A stretch of DNA of 64,000 nt from the IMG/VR virus record IMGVR_UViG_3300031576_000004, positions 99,303 through 163,302 of that record, one strand, 5' to 3'. Under the pieces are notes generated by a model. That model was given only the letters and a program-made list of their open reading frames with translations, did no database searches and had not been told where the DNA came from. Source of the DNA: a virus. Positions 33,618 to 42,172 of the stretch are shown piece after piece (the stretch's first letter is position 1; every line of letters starts with the position of its first letter). Made by a program: the position numbers and the translations under genes.

Positions 33618-33902
33618 ATGGCTCAGAATCAGGATGTTCCGATCGCTTCGGAGGCATCCTCTCGTACACAGTTAATGGCACATCGGACAGCCATGAGGTG
33701 GCTTGACGATGTCGACTCCAGAGCTTCCAAACTAGTCGAAACGCATCCTCTATTCACAGAGGACAGCATATTCGCCCAGGACTACGTCATCCATGTCAGG
33801 TATTCCACCTCTCAGATGCGATCCAGGGTTGCTTCAAAGATCCAGAGGATTATAGAAGGGGCAAAAATCTCAGAGGATTTAGATGAAACAAATGCCGAAT
33901 AA
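33618..33902 (+). CDS. hypothetical protein
   Basis: RBS AGGAGG before ATG 33618. Confidence 0.7.
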   Translation: MAQNQDVPIASEASSRTQLMAHRTAMRWLDDVDSRASKLVETHPLFTEDSIFAQDYVIHVRYSTSQMRSRVASKIQRIIEGAKISEDLDETNAE

Positions 33903-34455
33903 CCCAAAGATCGCCATCGGGCCAAAGCTTCTGGAGCATTATTCTCACATTATCCAGTCAAAGTTCTCTGAGTTCTCTGAAAGACTTAGCGTTGTCACAG
34001 CAAAGCATCGGCTAGTTATCGAGGACGAATTAAAGAAGAAACTTGGTTTTGATAAGGTTAAGGATGCGGCTTCAGCCCTTAACCTTGAAGTCGCAAAGAT
34101 AAACGACAAGATCGTTGCTCTTGAATCTGAAAGGAACGCTAAGGTAAGAAAGTTCCTGTCCGAGCCGAGAGGAAACGATTACGTCGCAATCAAACGGGAA
34201 GATCGAGATTCATACCTAGTCGACGTCGAAACAACGTCTTCATTTGAAGAACTTGTTAATAAGCGCGTTGAGACTGAGGGACCAACAATCAGCGCATCTG
34301 TGCTTAAAAAGCTACAAAAAGACGCCGATGTATGTGTAGCACTCTCCCTGAGTCAGACTGAAGCCGTTGAAACAATTAACAAATTTGACGCAGAGTGCAA
34401 TGAGATTGTTCAATCTGCAAATAAGGAAATCCTTAATGCAAACAGCTCAAGCTAA
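33883..34455 (+). CDS. hypothetical coiled-coil protein
   Basis: ORF in operon. Confidence 0.7.
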   Translation: MKQMPNNPKIAIGPKLLEHYSHIIQSKFSEFSERLSVVTAKHRLVIEDELKKKLGFDKVKDAASALNLEVAKINDKIVALESERNAKVRKFLSEPRGNDYVAIKREDRDSYLVDVETTSSFEELVNKRVETEGPTISASVLKKLQKDADVCVALSLSQTEAVETINKFDAECNEIVQSANKEILNANSSS

Positions 34456-35530
34456 GGCACCTAATCCTTTAGCATCTGTAACCCTTGGAAGCGGGGTTGT
34501 TCCTGTAGTTGAGTTCAATAGGCTCATGGCAGATAGGGCAAAACACTTCGCCGACAAGACTGTGAAGGCCGGAAACCTAATGATGGATAATCAGGGCAAT
34601 ATTGTTCAGGATACTGGCAACGCCCAGGATAGGCCAACGTACCCACTCCAGAAGCACGCTTTAATGCTTCTCGGCGCAAGGCTTGGCATCGGATCCTATA
34701 TTTCAAAATGCCCAGCTGAACCAGAAGAGATTGTCACATCAGACGCCAAAATCACCGCATCGCTCAGAGCGATTAACGTGAATTACTGGCTAAAGAAAAG
34801 GAGCCACAAAGAGCTCCTTATGCGTCTCGACGCTATCTCAGGACAACCAGAAATCAGAGCTGTTCTGTCAAAGCAATATTCCCCAATTGGGAATGACGAG
34901 GTATCCAGAGAACTAACAACTGTTCCTGGAGCGTCCGATCTCTCAGTTCGGTTTGAGTGGACACCTATGTACCTATACGCACATATCATCAGTGATAAGT
35001 GCAAGATGACAACTCCAAATGGAGAGGTTATTCAAGGAGCAATCCACCTTCGCAATAGCGAGGTTGGTCTTTCCAAGATCGTTTTGGAGAGCATGGTCAT
35101 GAAGGAAGCGGCTCCAACTGGGGCCATTCTTCGTGAGTGGAGCGGATTTAATAAGGTCCACAAAATGGATCGCGGAGACCTGTTCAGGGCTTTCAGGGAA
35201 AGTGTCCCTCAGATATTCTCGAATATGAGCGGGGCTCTCCAGAAATACGCCGATCTACAGAAGATCGGTGTTAATGATCCTAATGGCCTTCTTGAGACCA
35301 TTGGGAATGAGCGGGCAAATATGTTCAACGAGGACCAAAAGGAGGCTATTAAAACAGCCTGCAGTCAAGAAGGGGAATTAAAGACGATGTGGAATATCGT
35401 CAATGTTCTCACTCGGGCGGCTGGAGATCAGACACTTCCCCCAATGGACAGGGAGAAGCTGATGAAGTCCGGCGGAAAGATAGTCTACGACATCCGCAAT
35501 TATGGCGTGTGGACTAGACAACAGATTTAA
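34436..35530 (+). CDS. DUF932-like phage/plasmid protein
   Basis: RAVLS..Y, LRNSEVG.S and TMW.IVN.LT patterns; start at ATG 34436. Confidence 0.7.
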   Translation: MQTAQAKAPNPLASVTLGSGVVPVVEFNRLMADRAKHFADKTVKAGNLMMDNQGNIVQDTGNAQDRPTYPLQKHALMLLGARLGIGSYISKCPAEPEEIVTSDAKITASLRAINVNYWLKKRSHKELLMRLDAISGQPEIRAVLSKQYSPIGNDEVSRELTTVPGASDLSVRFEWTPMYLYAHIISDKCKMTTPNGEVIQGAIHLRNSEVGLSKIVLESMVMKEAAPTGAILREWSGFNKVHKMDRGDLFRAFRESVPQIFSNMSGALQKYADLQKIGVNDPNGLLETIGNERANMFNEDQKEAIKTACSQEGELKTMWNIVNVLTRAAGDQTLPPMDREKLMKSGGKIVYDIRNYGVWTRQQI

Positions 35531-35566
35531 ATAGAGTGATTAAATTCAAGTCCGAAAGGAGCCATT

Positions 35567-36355
35567 ATGGGATCCATAAGATTCCAAGTTAGACTATTGG
35601 CCGAAGACGGAGCGGTGCTAAAGGAATTTGAGCGCGTCTTTGCTCCAAAGGCAATCGACAAAAGGTTCAGTGTAGAAGGCAATAGCCCGATGGACCTTTT
35701 CGAAAAGGTTAAAGAAGCCCTGGCCGCCGCAAGAGAAAAGCAGAACGGACTTAATCTTGCGTGCGCTGTTGCAGATAGGCTTGCAGCATCAGCAATTGAG
35801 GGCGAGCGCTACAAGATCTGGTGTGCCCTTGGAAAGAACCCAGATGAATATGCTGCGTGGACAAAGGAAAACCCAATCCCCATCATCGATGAGGCTTCTC
35901 TTGAAAAGACAGATCTTCCTGTTCTCCAGAGGGTCGGCCCTCCAATCGCTGGGGTTGAACTCGTAGACCCACCAAAGAAGCGCAGAGGACGTCCGGCAAA
36001 GATCAAGACAGAAGAGACGCCTTCAGAAGATCCGGTTCCTGCAGAGGCGACACCACAGGCAGAACCAATCAAGAAGCGCAGAGGTAGACCGCCTAAGAAT
36101 CCAGTTCCTCAGACTGAGCCGGCAGCGGAGCCGGTTAAGAAGCGCCGTGGACGCCCACCGAAGAATCCAGTTCCTGAGGCCGCTGCCGAAGAGCCGGTTA
36201 AGAAGAAGAGGGGTCGCCCACGCAAAAACCCGCTTCCAGAAGGTCAGGCAGAGCCCGCAAAGCGTGGCCCTGGAAGACCGAGGAAGAACCCACTTCCTGC
36301 CACGGAAGAGCCTGTAAAGCGCAAAAGGGGAAGGCCTCGCAAGAACCCAGTATAG
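35567..36355 (+). CDS. multi-AT-hook (HMGA-like) DNA-binding protein
   Basis: Six GRP[APR]K AT-hooks in ~20-aa tandem units. Confidence 0.85.
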   Translation: MGSIRFQVRLLAEDGAVLKEFERVFAPKAIDKRFSVEGNSPMDLFEKVKEALAAAREKQNGLNLACAVADRLAASAIEGERYKIWCALGKNPDEYAAWTKENPIPIIDEASLEKTDLPVLQRVGPPIAGVELVDPPKKRRGRPAKIKTEETPSEDPVPAEATPQAEPIKKRRGRPPKNPVPQTEPAAEPVKKRRGRPPKNPVPEAAAEEPVKKKRGRPRKNPLPEGQAEPAKRGPGRPRKNPLPATEEPVKRKRGRPRKNPV

Positions 36356-36361
36356 GCCTTA

Positions 36362-36378
36362 TTTTCCGGTATAAGAGT
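36362..36378 (+). promoter_or_regulatory. class B promoter motif TTTT-CC-GGTATAAGAGT
   Basis: Third copy of the motif. Confidence 0.68.
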
Positions 36379-36454
36379 ATAGAGGCAAGTGAATAATCTT
36401 ACCTCTCCGGTTTGCCGACCGGCTCTTAACCCTTTTTCAAAAGGAGATGCCACA

Positions 36455-37021
36455 ATGAAAAACTACATGATCGCATTGCTTGCCGCCCTCGCTCTGGTTG
36501 GCTGCGGGACGAAGGCTCAGCCTGTGCCGCCTTCTCCCCTCGAGCAGTTCAACTCTGATCTGATCAAGCGAAACGACGAGTTGGTAAGGCAAATCACCAA
36601 GGCTCAAACGGAAGAGCGTGAAGGGAAAATCACTCCCGCCGTTTACGCTTCCACGGTCGTCCGGCTTGCCGAGACGATGAAGGAAACGAACGCTTCCAAC
36701 GCGATCGCGAAGACCGCTCTGGAGCATGCCGATGAGGATGCTATCCAGAAAGGACTGAAGCCAAGGCCTGCGCCTGAGATGACTCAGGAGCAAAAGGAAC
36801 TGATGCTCGCAAAGCTTCAGCTCAAAATCGCCGAGGTCAAGGCAAGGGAAGCTCAGGCCGAGCGTCCCACGATCATCGAAAGGGTGATCGAAAAGGTTCT
36901 CGTTGTTCCTGCCCCGAAGACCGAAGTCAGGGTCCTCACCGCTGATGCCGGAAGGCCGCAGTGGGAGAGGGTCACCTTGGACGAGTGCAACTGGACTGTG
37001 TATCACGAGCGCACGAAGTGA
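36455..37021 (+). CDS. lipoprotein, coiled-coil
   Basis: MKNYMIALLAALALVGC signal with lipobox; RBS AAGGAG. Confidence 0.8.
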   Translation: MKNYMIALLAALALVGCGTKAQPVPPSPLEQFNSDLIKRNDELVRQITKAQTEEREGKITPAVYASTVVRLAETMKETNASNAIAKTALEHADEDAIQKGLKPRPAPEMTQEQKELMLAKLQLKIAEVKAREAQAERPTIIERVIEKVLVVPAPKTEVRVLTADAGRPQWERVTLDECNWTVYHERTK

Positions 37022-37042
37022 GATCGATTCTTCGGTTTCACA

Positions 37043-37080
37043 GGGAGGATGGGGCGGCAACCCCATCCTCCCGTTCTTTT
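37043..37080 (+). terminator. intrinsic terminator
   Basis: GGGAGGATGGGG-CGGCAA-CCCCATCCTCCC-GTTCTTTT. Confidence 0.85.
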
Positions 37081-37089
37081 AGGATACAA

Positions 37090-37344
37090 ATGAACACAGT
37101 TGATTTAACATCACAACTTAAGAACGCAAGAGCCTCGGTGGACGAGGCCAAGAGAAAACTAGCAGATATTGCCATGAATGGCGCTAGTGATGAAGACATC
37201 TTCATCCAGAAATGCGCCTATGAAAACTCGGTAGAGCTTGTGAACACTCTTACAGAACGGATTGTAGCAATCCTAAATAACAGGAGTAATAGTGACTCAA
37301 CCGTATTACCTGACAATCCAGGGAAAGAAGAAAACGAAGGCTGA
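37090..37344 (+). CDS. 84-aa helical protein upstream of and overlapping the RT
   Basis: RBS AGGA, ATG 37090. Confidence 0.65.
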   Translation: MNTVDLTSQLKNARASVDEAKRKLADIAMNGASDEDIFIQKCAYENSVELVNTLTERIVAILNNRSNSDSTVLPDNPGKEENEG

Positions 37345-38677
37345 ATTTTTTATCTCGAAGGGTAAGCCATCCTGGCTTAACTTCAAACTCCCCGTTGTGA
37401 TCGATGGGGTCACCTATCCTGTGATCTGTTTGGCTTGCAGCAATAGATTTTCCTGCTCTGCTTTGCCGCAGAACTGGAGATCGAGAATGAGCATCGGGAA
37501 GCCTATCCATAAGGATTCCGAGTGCTTCCATTTCAACGTTGCTGATATCTGCAGAAGCTGTTCTTTCACATCCAGCTGCTACAAGCCAACCAGGTCAAAG
37601 TGCATCGCTAGCGGAGGCCCACAGCTAGATGCTCTTCCTAATAGCACTCCAAGAGATGCCACATCCATTAAGGATGGTCGGGAACTCGCCTACAGTATCA
37701 AGACGAAATACAGGGTTATCACGTGGCTCTTAAAGCGCGTGTGCGATCGTGATTCTTCTCTTTATCACACATTCGCGATTAAGAAGCGCGGTCGCAGTGG
37801 CAAGATGAGAACCATTACGGCTCCAGATAAGTATCTCAAGGAAATTCAAAAGAAGATCCTTAAAAATGTTCTCTACCAGTTCCAACCGTTGGACTGTGTG
37901 ACGGCGTTTGTGCCTGGGAAGAATGTCATCAAAAATGCAGCCCAGCACATGGCCGCCACTCCAGGAAGCGTTGATATTAAGGACTTCTTCGATACGATAT
38001 CGTCTCAGCGGGTATATGGACTATTCCGATCGATCGGGTTTAATAAGCGCGTATCTGGAATTATGACTGCGCTTATGACATGGGATGGGAAGGTTCCTCA
38101 GGGAGCTCCAACCAGCCCGTGGATTGCAAACGCCATATTCCACAGAGGGGACAAGAAGATCCTGTCTGCTGCTGGTAAGCTTGGCTTCTCATATACACGA
38201 TACGCCGATGACATTACCTATTCACAGCTTAGCGGATTCTCTAAGGGGAAGAATATCGCCTTCACAGAAATCGTGAAGCGAATCGTAGAGGAAGAGGGTT
38301 TCAAGCCTAACGACGACAAGACAAAGGTTGCCACCAATTACGTTACCGGTCTTAGCGTTTCGGGTGACAAGCCAAACATCCCATACGACAAATTCCACGA
38401 AGTCAGGCAGAGCATTCATAAGGCGTATTGGAACGGGATCGCCTCAGAGGCTTCCTACAACAATGCTCCGGTTGGCTTGTTCACGCAGAGAATCAATGGG
38501 GTACTCCAGTGGTTCACGCAGGTAAACCCTAGCCGTCCTGGGTTATCCAAGATGGTTGAAAAGTGGGAGCTCGCAAAGAAAGGTATAAGACCAAGTGCGA
38601 ACCAATCTAACCAAAGTGGCGCTGGATGCGCACCTCAAGTCGTTGGCGCTGGCACAGGCAACGCTCAAACGAATTGA
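37292..38677 (+). CDS. retron-type reverse transcriptase with Cys-rich N-terminal extension
   Basis: RTITAP, NAAQH (NAxxH), DIKDFFDTI, PQGAPTSP, YTRYADD (YADD at 38201-38212), VTG. Confidence 0.93.
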   Translation: MTQPYYLTIQGKKKTKAEFFISKGKPSWLNFKLPVVIDGVTYPVICLACSNRFSCSALPQNWRSRMSIGKPIHKDSECFHFNVADICRSCSFTSSCYKPTRSKCIASGGPQLDALPNSTPRDATSIKDGRELAYSIKTKYRVITWLLKRVCDRDSSLYHTFAIKKRGRSGKMRTITAPDKYLKEIQKKILKNVLYQFQPLDCVTAFVPGKNVIKNAAQHMAATPGSVDIKDFFDTISSQRVYGLFRSIGFNKRVSGIMTALMTWDGKVPQGAPTSPWIANAIFHRGDKKILSAAGKLGFSYTRYADDITYSQLSGFSKGKNIAFTEIVKRIVEEEGFKPNDDKTKVATNYVTGLSVSGDKPNIPYDKFHEVRQSIHKAYWNGIASEASYNNAPVGLFTQRINGVLQWFTQVNPSRPGLSKMVEKWELAKKGIRPSANQSNQSGAGCAPQVVGAGTGNAQTN

Positions 38678-38876
38678 TGAATCCATCAAGAATGGCAACA
38701 GCGAGGAAACCATTCTTATGTCTAGAGAGGGAACTCTCAAACACATCGCATCAGCTACAGATAAAATCCAACAGCTGGGATCTCACCGCCGAAGCGACTT
38801 TGTAGTTAAGTCGTGCAAGGTGGCACATATGAAACCGGCCATGCACCAGTCGCTTCTGAAGAGAAGCGCAAAATAA
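38595..38876 (+). CDS. 93-aa helical protein overlapping the RT 3' end
   Basis: ORF with 83-nt overlap; start uncertain. Confidence 0.55.
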   Translation: MRTNLTKVALDAHLKSLALAQATLKRIDESIKNGNSEETILMSREGTLKHIASATDKIQQLGSHRRSDFVVKSCKVAHMKPAMHQSLLKRSAK

Positions 38877-38957
38877 AAAGGAGGTGACTATGTACGACTA
38901 TGGTTGATCTTCAGGGACTTAACAGGATAAAACCAGTTAACCCTGAAAGGATAAAAA

Positions 38958-39110
38958 ATGGAAGACAAAGCTACTTCCATATTTCTCGAAGAGACAGCGA
39001 AAATAAACGTGGCAAGATCCATTGAAAATGGACTGCCTATGGCCGCTGCCTGTGTCGCAATTTTTCTTCTTGTAGATCTTGCGGCAAATATTTGCACAGA
39101 TAACAATTAA
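38958..39110 (+). CDS. 50-aa protein with hydrophobic C-terminal helix
   Basis: Hand-translated MEDKATSIF...ACVAIFLLVDLAANICTDNN; RBS AAAGGA. Confidence 0.5.
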   Translation: MEDKATSIFLEETAKINVARSIENGLPMAAACVAIFLLVDLAANICTDNN

Positions 39111-39120
39111 CTACATCTGT

Positions 39121-39165
39121 GAGGGGAAACAGTCACCAGCAAGGTGATTGTTTCCCTTCTTTTTT
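39121..39165 (+). terminator. intrinsic terminator closing the RT module
   Basis: 17-bp stem, AGCAA loop, T6. Confidence 0.88.
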
Positions 39166-39167
39166 AG

Positions 39168-40412
39168 CTATGAAAGAAGCAGGTAGTCTAGAGACGTTGT
39201 TGCAGGAACTGTACCGTGAATGACCTGACCCGCGCCTTTAATCTCTATGGTGACTTCAAGTCCATGCTTGATATCTATCGAGAACTCTCCAAATGCATTC
39301 GTTTGGGCTCTGGCGATTTCAGTGATGGTCTTATTGGTGTATGTTCTCGTGCTGTCTGTATGAAGCACTATAACGGACATTCCAACCGCGGGCTTCCCGC
39401 TCTTCTCTAGGATTCGCCCAAACACACGACACGTGCTGGCAACGTCTGGGGCTTCAGAAGATACAACCTTATCTATTACAAGGAACTCAAATGTATCTGT
39501 CGTTATGTCTAGCCCAACGGTTGACTCGTAGACATATTCCCATGTGCCAAGAACATCAACCTCAGCTATTGGAAACGAGTATGTGAACACGCCAGCAGAA
39601 GCAGGAAGAACAGTCGCTGGAGATCCTAGTTTTTCGAACCCATTAGTATCTAAGACAGACAGCAGTTTGACTGTGGTTGGATTAAACAGAACCCCTGATT
39701 GATTCCTGTACGTAACCGTCAGATCTACCGATTCACCCCTGACAGCCCTAAGCGATGGGTCTGCGCTGGCACTGGAAAGCGTGTTCAAATTGAAATGCGG
39801 AGATTCGGCCTTCTGGAATTCAGAATCCAAGAACTGTGGGCTCATCCTTACACGGGCTGAATACGTCAATGCCTGCGAATCGTCTGCAGCAGCATCCCAC
39901 ACAAAATTAGCTGTCTGCCCCGTCGGACTAGAAGAAATCGCAGACATTGAATCATGCGCAGGATCGCTTGTCCTGAATGCCATCGGTCTTGCGTCCTCAA
40001 ATGTGCCGCTAAGTGAATATTCAGCGCCAACGACGCTTACGATATCGCTCTCATCGTCGTAGATGATGATCGGGATGTCTACAAGTCTAGACCCGTCTAT
40101 CCTCTGGATCGGCTGATTCACTCTTATCCTTGGTGGCCTTGTATAGAACACAGTCCCAAGGACAGCTATTTCTGACTCATTATCGTATTTGTCTTTAAAC
40201 TGTGTATATATCGTCTTCAGTCCGGTAGTGTTGTTCCCACCGAACAAGAACAGATCCCAGTCATATCTCCTGAACTCAAGCGACTCGTAAGGAGAAAATG
40301 TGAGCCCATCGTTTGAAAAGTGCATCTTAGCCGTTGGCTCAAAATCAGCCACAACGGTCAAGTCGACTAGGTGGCTCCTGGTCGCCTTTACTGGGAACGT
40401 TACGCTAGACAT
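39168..40412 (-). CDS. multi-Ig-like virion protein (paralog of 45030-46352)
   Basis: FSNDG.TFSPYE, WDL..FGG, SG.LFNPT.V shared. Confidence 0.8.
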   Translation of the reverse strand: MSSVTFPVKATRSHLVDLTVVADFEPTAKMHFSNDGLTFSPYESLEFRRYDWDLFLFGGNNTTGLKTIYTQFKDKYDNESEIAVLGTVFYTRPPRIRVNQPIQRIDGSRLVDIPIIIYDDESDIVSVVGAEYSLSGTFEDARPMAFRTSDPAHDSMSAISSSPTGQTANFVWDAAADDSQALTYSARVRMSPQFLDSEFQKAESPHFNLNTLSSASADPSLRAVRGESVDLTVTYRNQSGVLFNPTTVKLLSVLDTNGFEKLGSPATVLPASAGVFTYSFPIAEVDVLGTWEYVYESTVGLDITTDTFEFLVIDKVVSSEAPDVASTCRVFGRILEKSGKPAVGMSVIVLHTDSTRTYTNKTITEIARAQTNAFGEFSIDIKHGLEVTIEIKGAGQVIHGTVPATTSLDYLLLS

Positions 40413-41121
40413 CTAGCTCACCAAATGTGTTCTTATTGCCATCTCCGAAGTTAACTCCACCAAACCTTAGTCTTGGCGGCTTAAGGTCTATAGTCTCTCT
40501 GCCGATTATAATGTTAGTGTCGTCTGTCCCGTCATTGGCCATTAGCCTGAAATAGATGTCTGTGGGCTCTGTTGGGTTGAAGTCTTCCTGGATGTCCCAC
40601 ATGAACTTGAACGTCGCTCCTGTGGGCGTAAAATCAAGGCCTACGACCCCGCTGTGATCTGGTGACAGGACAAGAGGGGTCATTGTCTCCTGCTCTCCAG
40701 CAAAAGCCCCTGTAAGGCTCCATTCATATATAGTTAAATCATTTAGGTCCCCAACTCCTTCAAAGCCCTTATAAATTATCTTTAGGGACTTCTTGCTTAC
40801 GCTTACGACCTGCTGAGCGCTGAGCAATAACATCCCGTTTGTAATCGTCGTGAAAGTTGCAATTCCGTTGAAGAGCGGCTCAACACTGCCTATAGCCGAA
40901 ATCCCGCTTATAATTGGCGCTGCAGATCCGACAGATGAAATGCCGTCTATTAGTGGGACAGCTGATCCAACTGCAGATATACCAAGGACTGTGGGGACGT
41001 CAGACCCGACTGCAGATATCCCCAAAACCTTTGGGGTGTCTATTGGCGTTAGCAGAAGCAGACCATCAACCTTCGGGGCGTCTGGCGGCGTTAAAAGAGC
41101 GATCCCTCCGCCGGTCGTCAT
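40405..41121 (-). CDS. virion protein with 13-aa P..GIS.VGS repeats and Ig-like domain
   Basis: Repeats visible; SLTGAFAGE shared with 45030-46352. Confidence 0.75.
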   Translation of the reverse strand: MTTGGGIALLTPPDAPKVDGLLLLTPIDTPKVLGISAVGSDVPTVLGISAVGSAVPLIDGISSVGSAAPIISGISAIGSVEPLFNGIATFTTITNGMLLLSAQQVVSVSKKSLKIIYKGFEGVGDLNDLTIYEWSLTGAFAGEQETMTPLVLSPDHSGVVGLDFTPTGATFKFMWDIQEDFNPTEPTDIYFRLMANDGTDDTNIIIGRETIDLKPPRLRFGGVNFGDGNKNTFGELDV

Positions 41122-41894
41122 ATCTTTGGCCCGTCCCCGTCTCTAGACATTATTAATGATATGCCAGAAACAGACGGTGTTGTCTGCAACTCACTAAACG
41201 CCAACCCAGCTCCGCCATTGTAGAGTTGCGTCACCTCTACACTACTCAATGCGCGTTGTGGCCACAAGCGAATACGATCAAGTTTTCCTGTTGTTCCAGC
41301 AGGCCATGGAGCCCCAGGCCCCGCGCCATCCCAGCGAGACCCTATGATAAAAGGTTCTGCATTCGTTAGGCTTCCAATTGCTGCCGTGCTCATCCCCAAT
41401 CCCTGCTCTACAGCATCTTGATACAGATGAACGAGTTGAGCTGCACGATCTACGACAGCCACGATTTGGTGAAGAGCATTGTCAAAGCAAACATCTACGC
41501 CCTGCTTCTGCAGAGAGTTTCCAGGATCGTCTTGCATATAAAAGTGGGTTCTGTTTCCACTACCGAAATCAAAGGTGAAAAAGGACCACCCAGCTAGAGA
41601 GCCCCCATTACGGTGAGCAACAGGAGCGCTCTGAGCAGATGGTGGGCCACATTTCATCCAGAACTCAACTGTCAAGGAACCTGTTCCTACACTTATTCCA
41701 GTTGGAAAATCCTTCTTCGCATAGTCATTTATACCGTCATATTGGCCGCAATTTCCAAATCCTGGGCCAATATTTGCCCCCTGCAGCACTCCAGAGGGAA
41801 TAAGATCATTAATCCCAAGGTCGTCTAGAAAGTTACCACTCGTAGCCTCACATTCGTGAGAGAGGCGCAAATTATTACCGAGGTTATTGGGCAT
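41118..41894 (-). CDS. LamG-like lectin virion protein
   Basis: LTVEFWMK, HQIVAV, LYNGGAG; start reassigned to 41894 (TAATG coupling). Confidence 0.85.
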   Translation of the reverse strand: MPNNLGNNLRLSHECEATSGNFLDDLGINDLIPSGVLQGANIGPGFGNCGQYDGINDYAKKDFPTGISVGTGSLTVEFWMKCGPPSAQSAPVAHRNGGSLAGWSFFTFDFGSGNRTHFYMQDDPGNSLQKQGVDVCFDNALHQIVAVVDRAAQLVHLYQDAVEQGLGMSTAAIGSLTNAEPFIIGSRWDGAGPGAPWPAGTTGKLDRIRLWPQRALSSVEVTQLYNGGAGLAFSELQTTPSVSGISLIMSRDGDGPKI

Positions 41895-42148
41895 TAGCCA
41901 CCCGCCCCAGGAAGCGGGTAGGTGATACTCCACGCTACCCTCTGTGCATGGGCCTCAGCAAGCGTCTCAAATACATAGCCGACTGGAGGAGCATCCAAGA
42001 CACTCTGTTGAAAGTCGGCTTGACAGAGGCACTGCGTCCCGTCAGGGCTGGCAGAGCAGTGCGGGATAGATGGCGGAGTCACCCCAGGAGTCGCAAGAGC
42101 GGTCAAAGCCGCGCATGGATGAGGACCGAGGAAATAGGCGTTAGGCAT
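41894..42148 (-). CDS. small LamG-associated protein
   Basis: DGT....ADF...A.A.A...AW resembles 11070-11327. Confidence 0.65.
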   Translation of the reverse strand: MPNAYFLGPHPCAALTALATPGVTPPSIPHCSASPDGTQCLCQADFQQSVLDAPPVGYVFETLAEAHAQRVAWSITYPLPGAGG

Positions 42149-42172
42149 GGCTACGGTCCAATCGTCCGGCCG

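Noticed and set aside
35960-36352. ~60-bp tandem repeats upstream of the RT as a CRISPR or ncRNA array
   Set aside because: They encode AT-hook units with synonymous variation and are separated from the RT by a promoter, a gene and a terminator
37043-37080. Hairpin before the RT as retron msd
   Set aside because: Short GC stem plus U-tract right after a stop codon fits a terminator; no a1/a2 inverted repeats found
38582-38590. GGTATAAGA match inside the RT
   Set aside because: Lacks the T-tract and trailing [AG]T; lies in coding sequence
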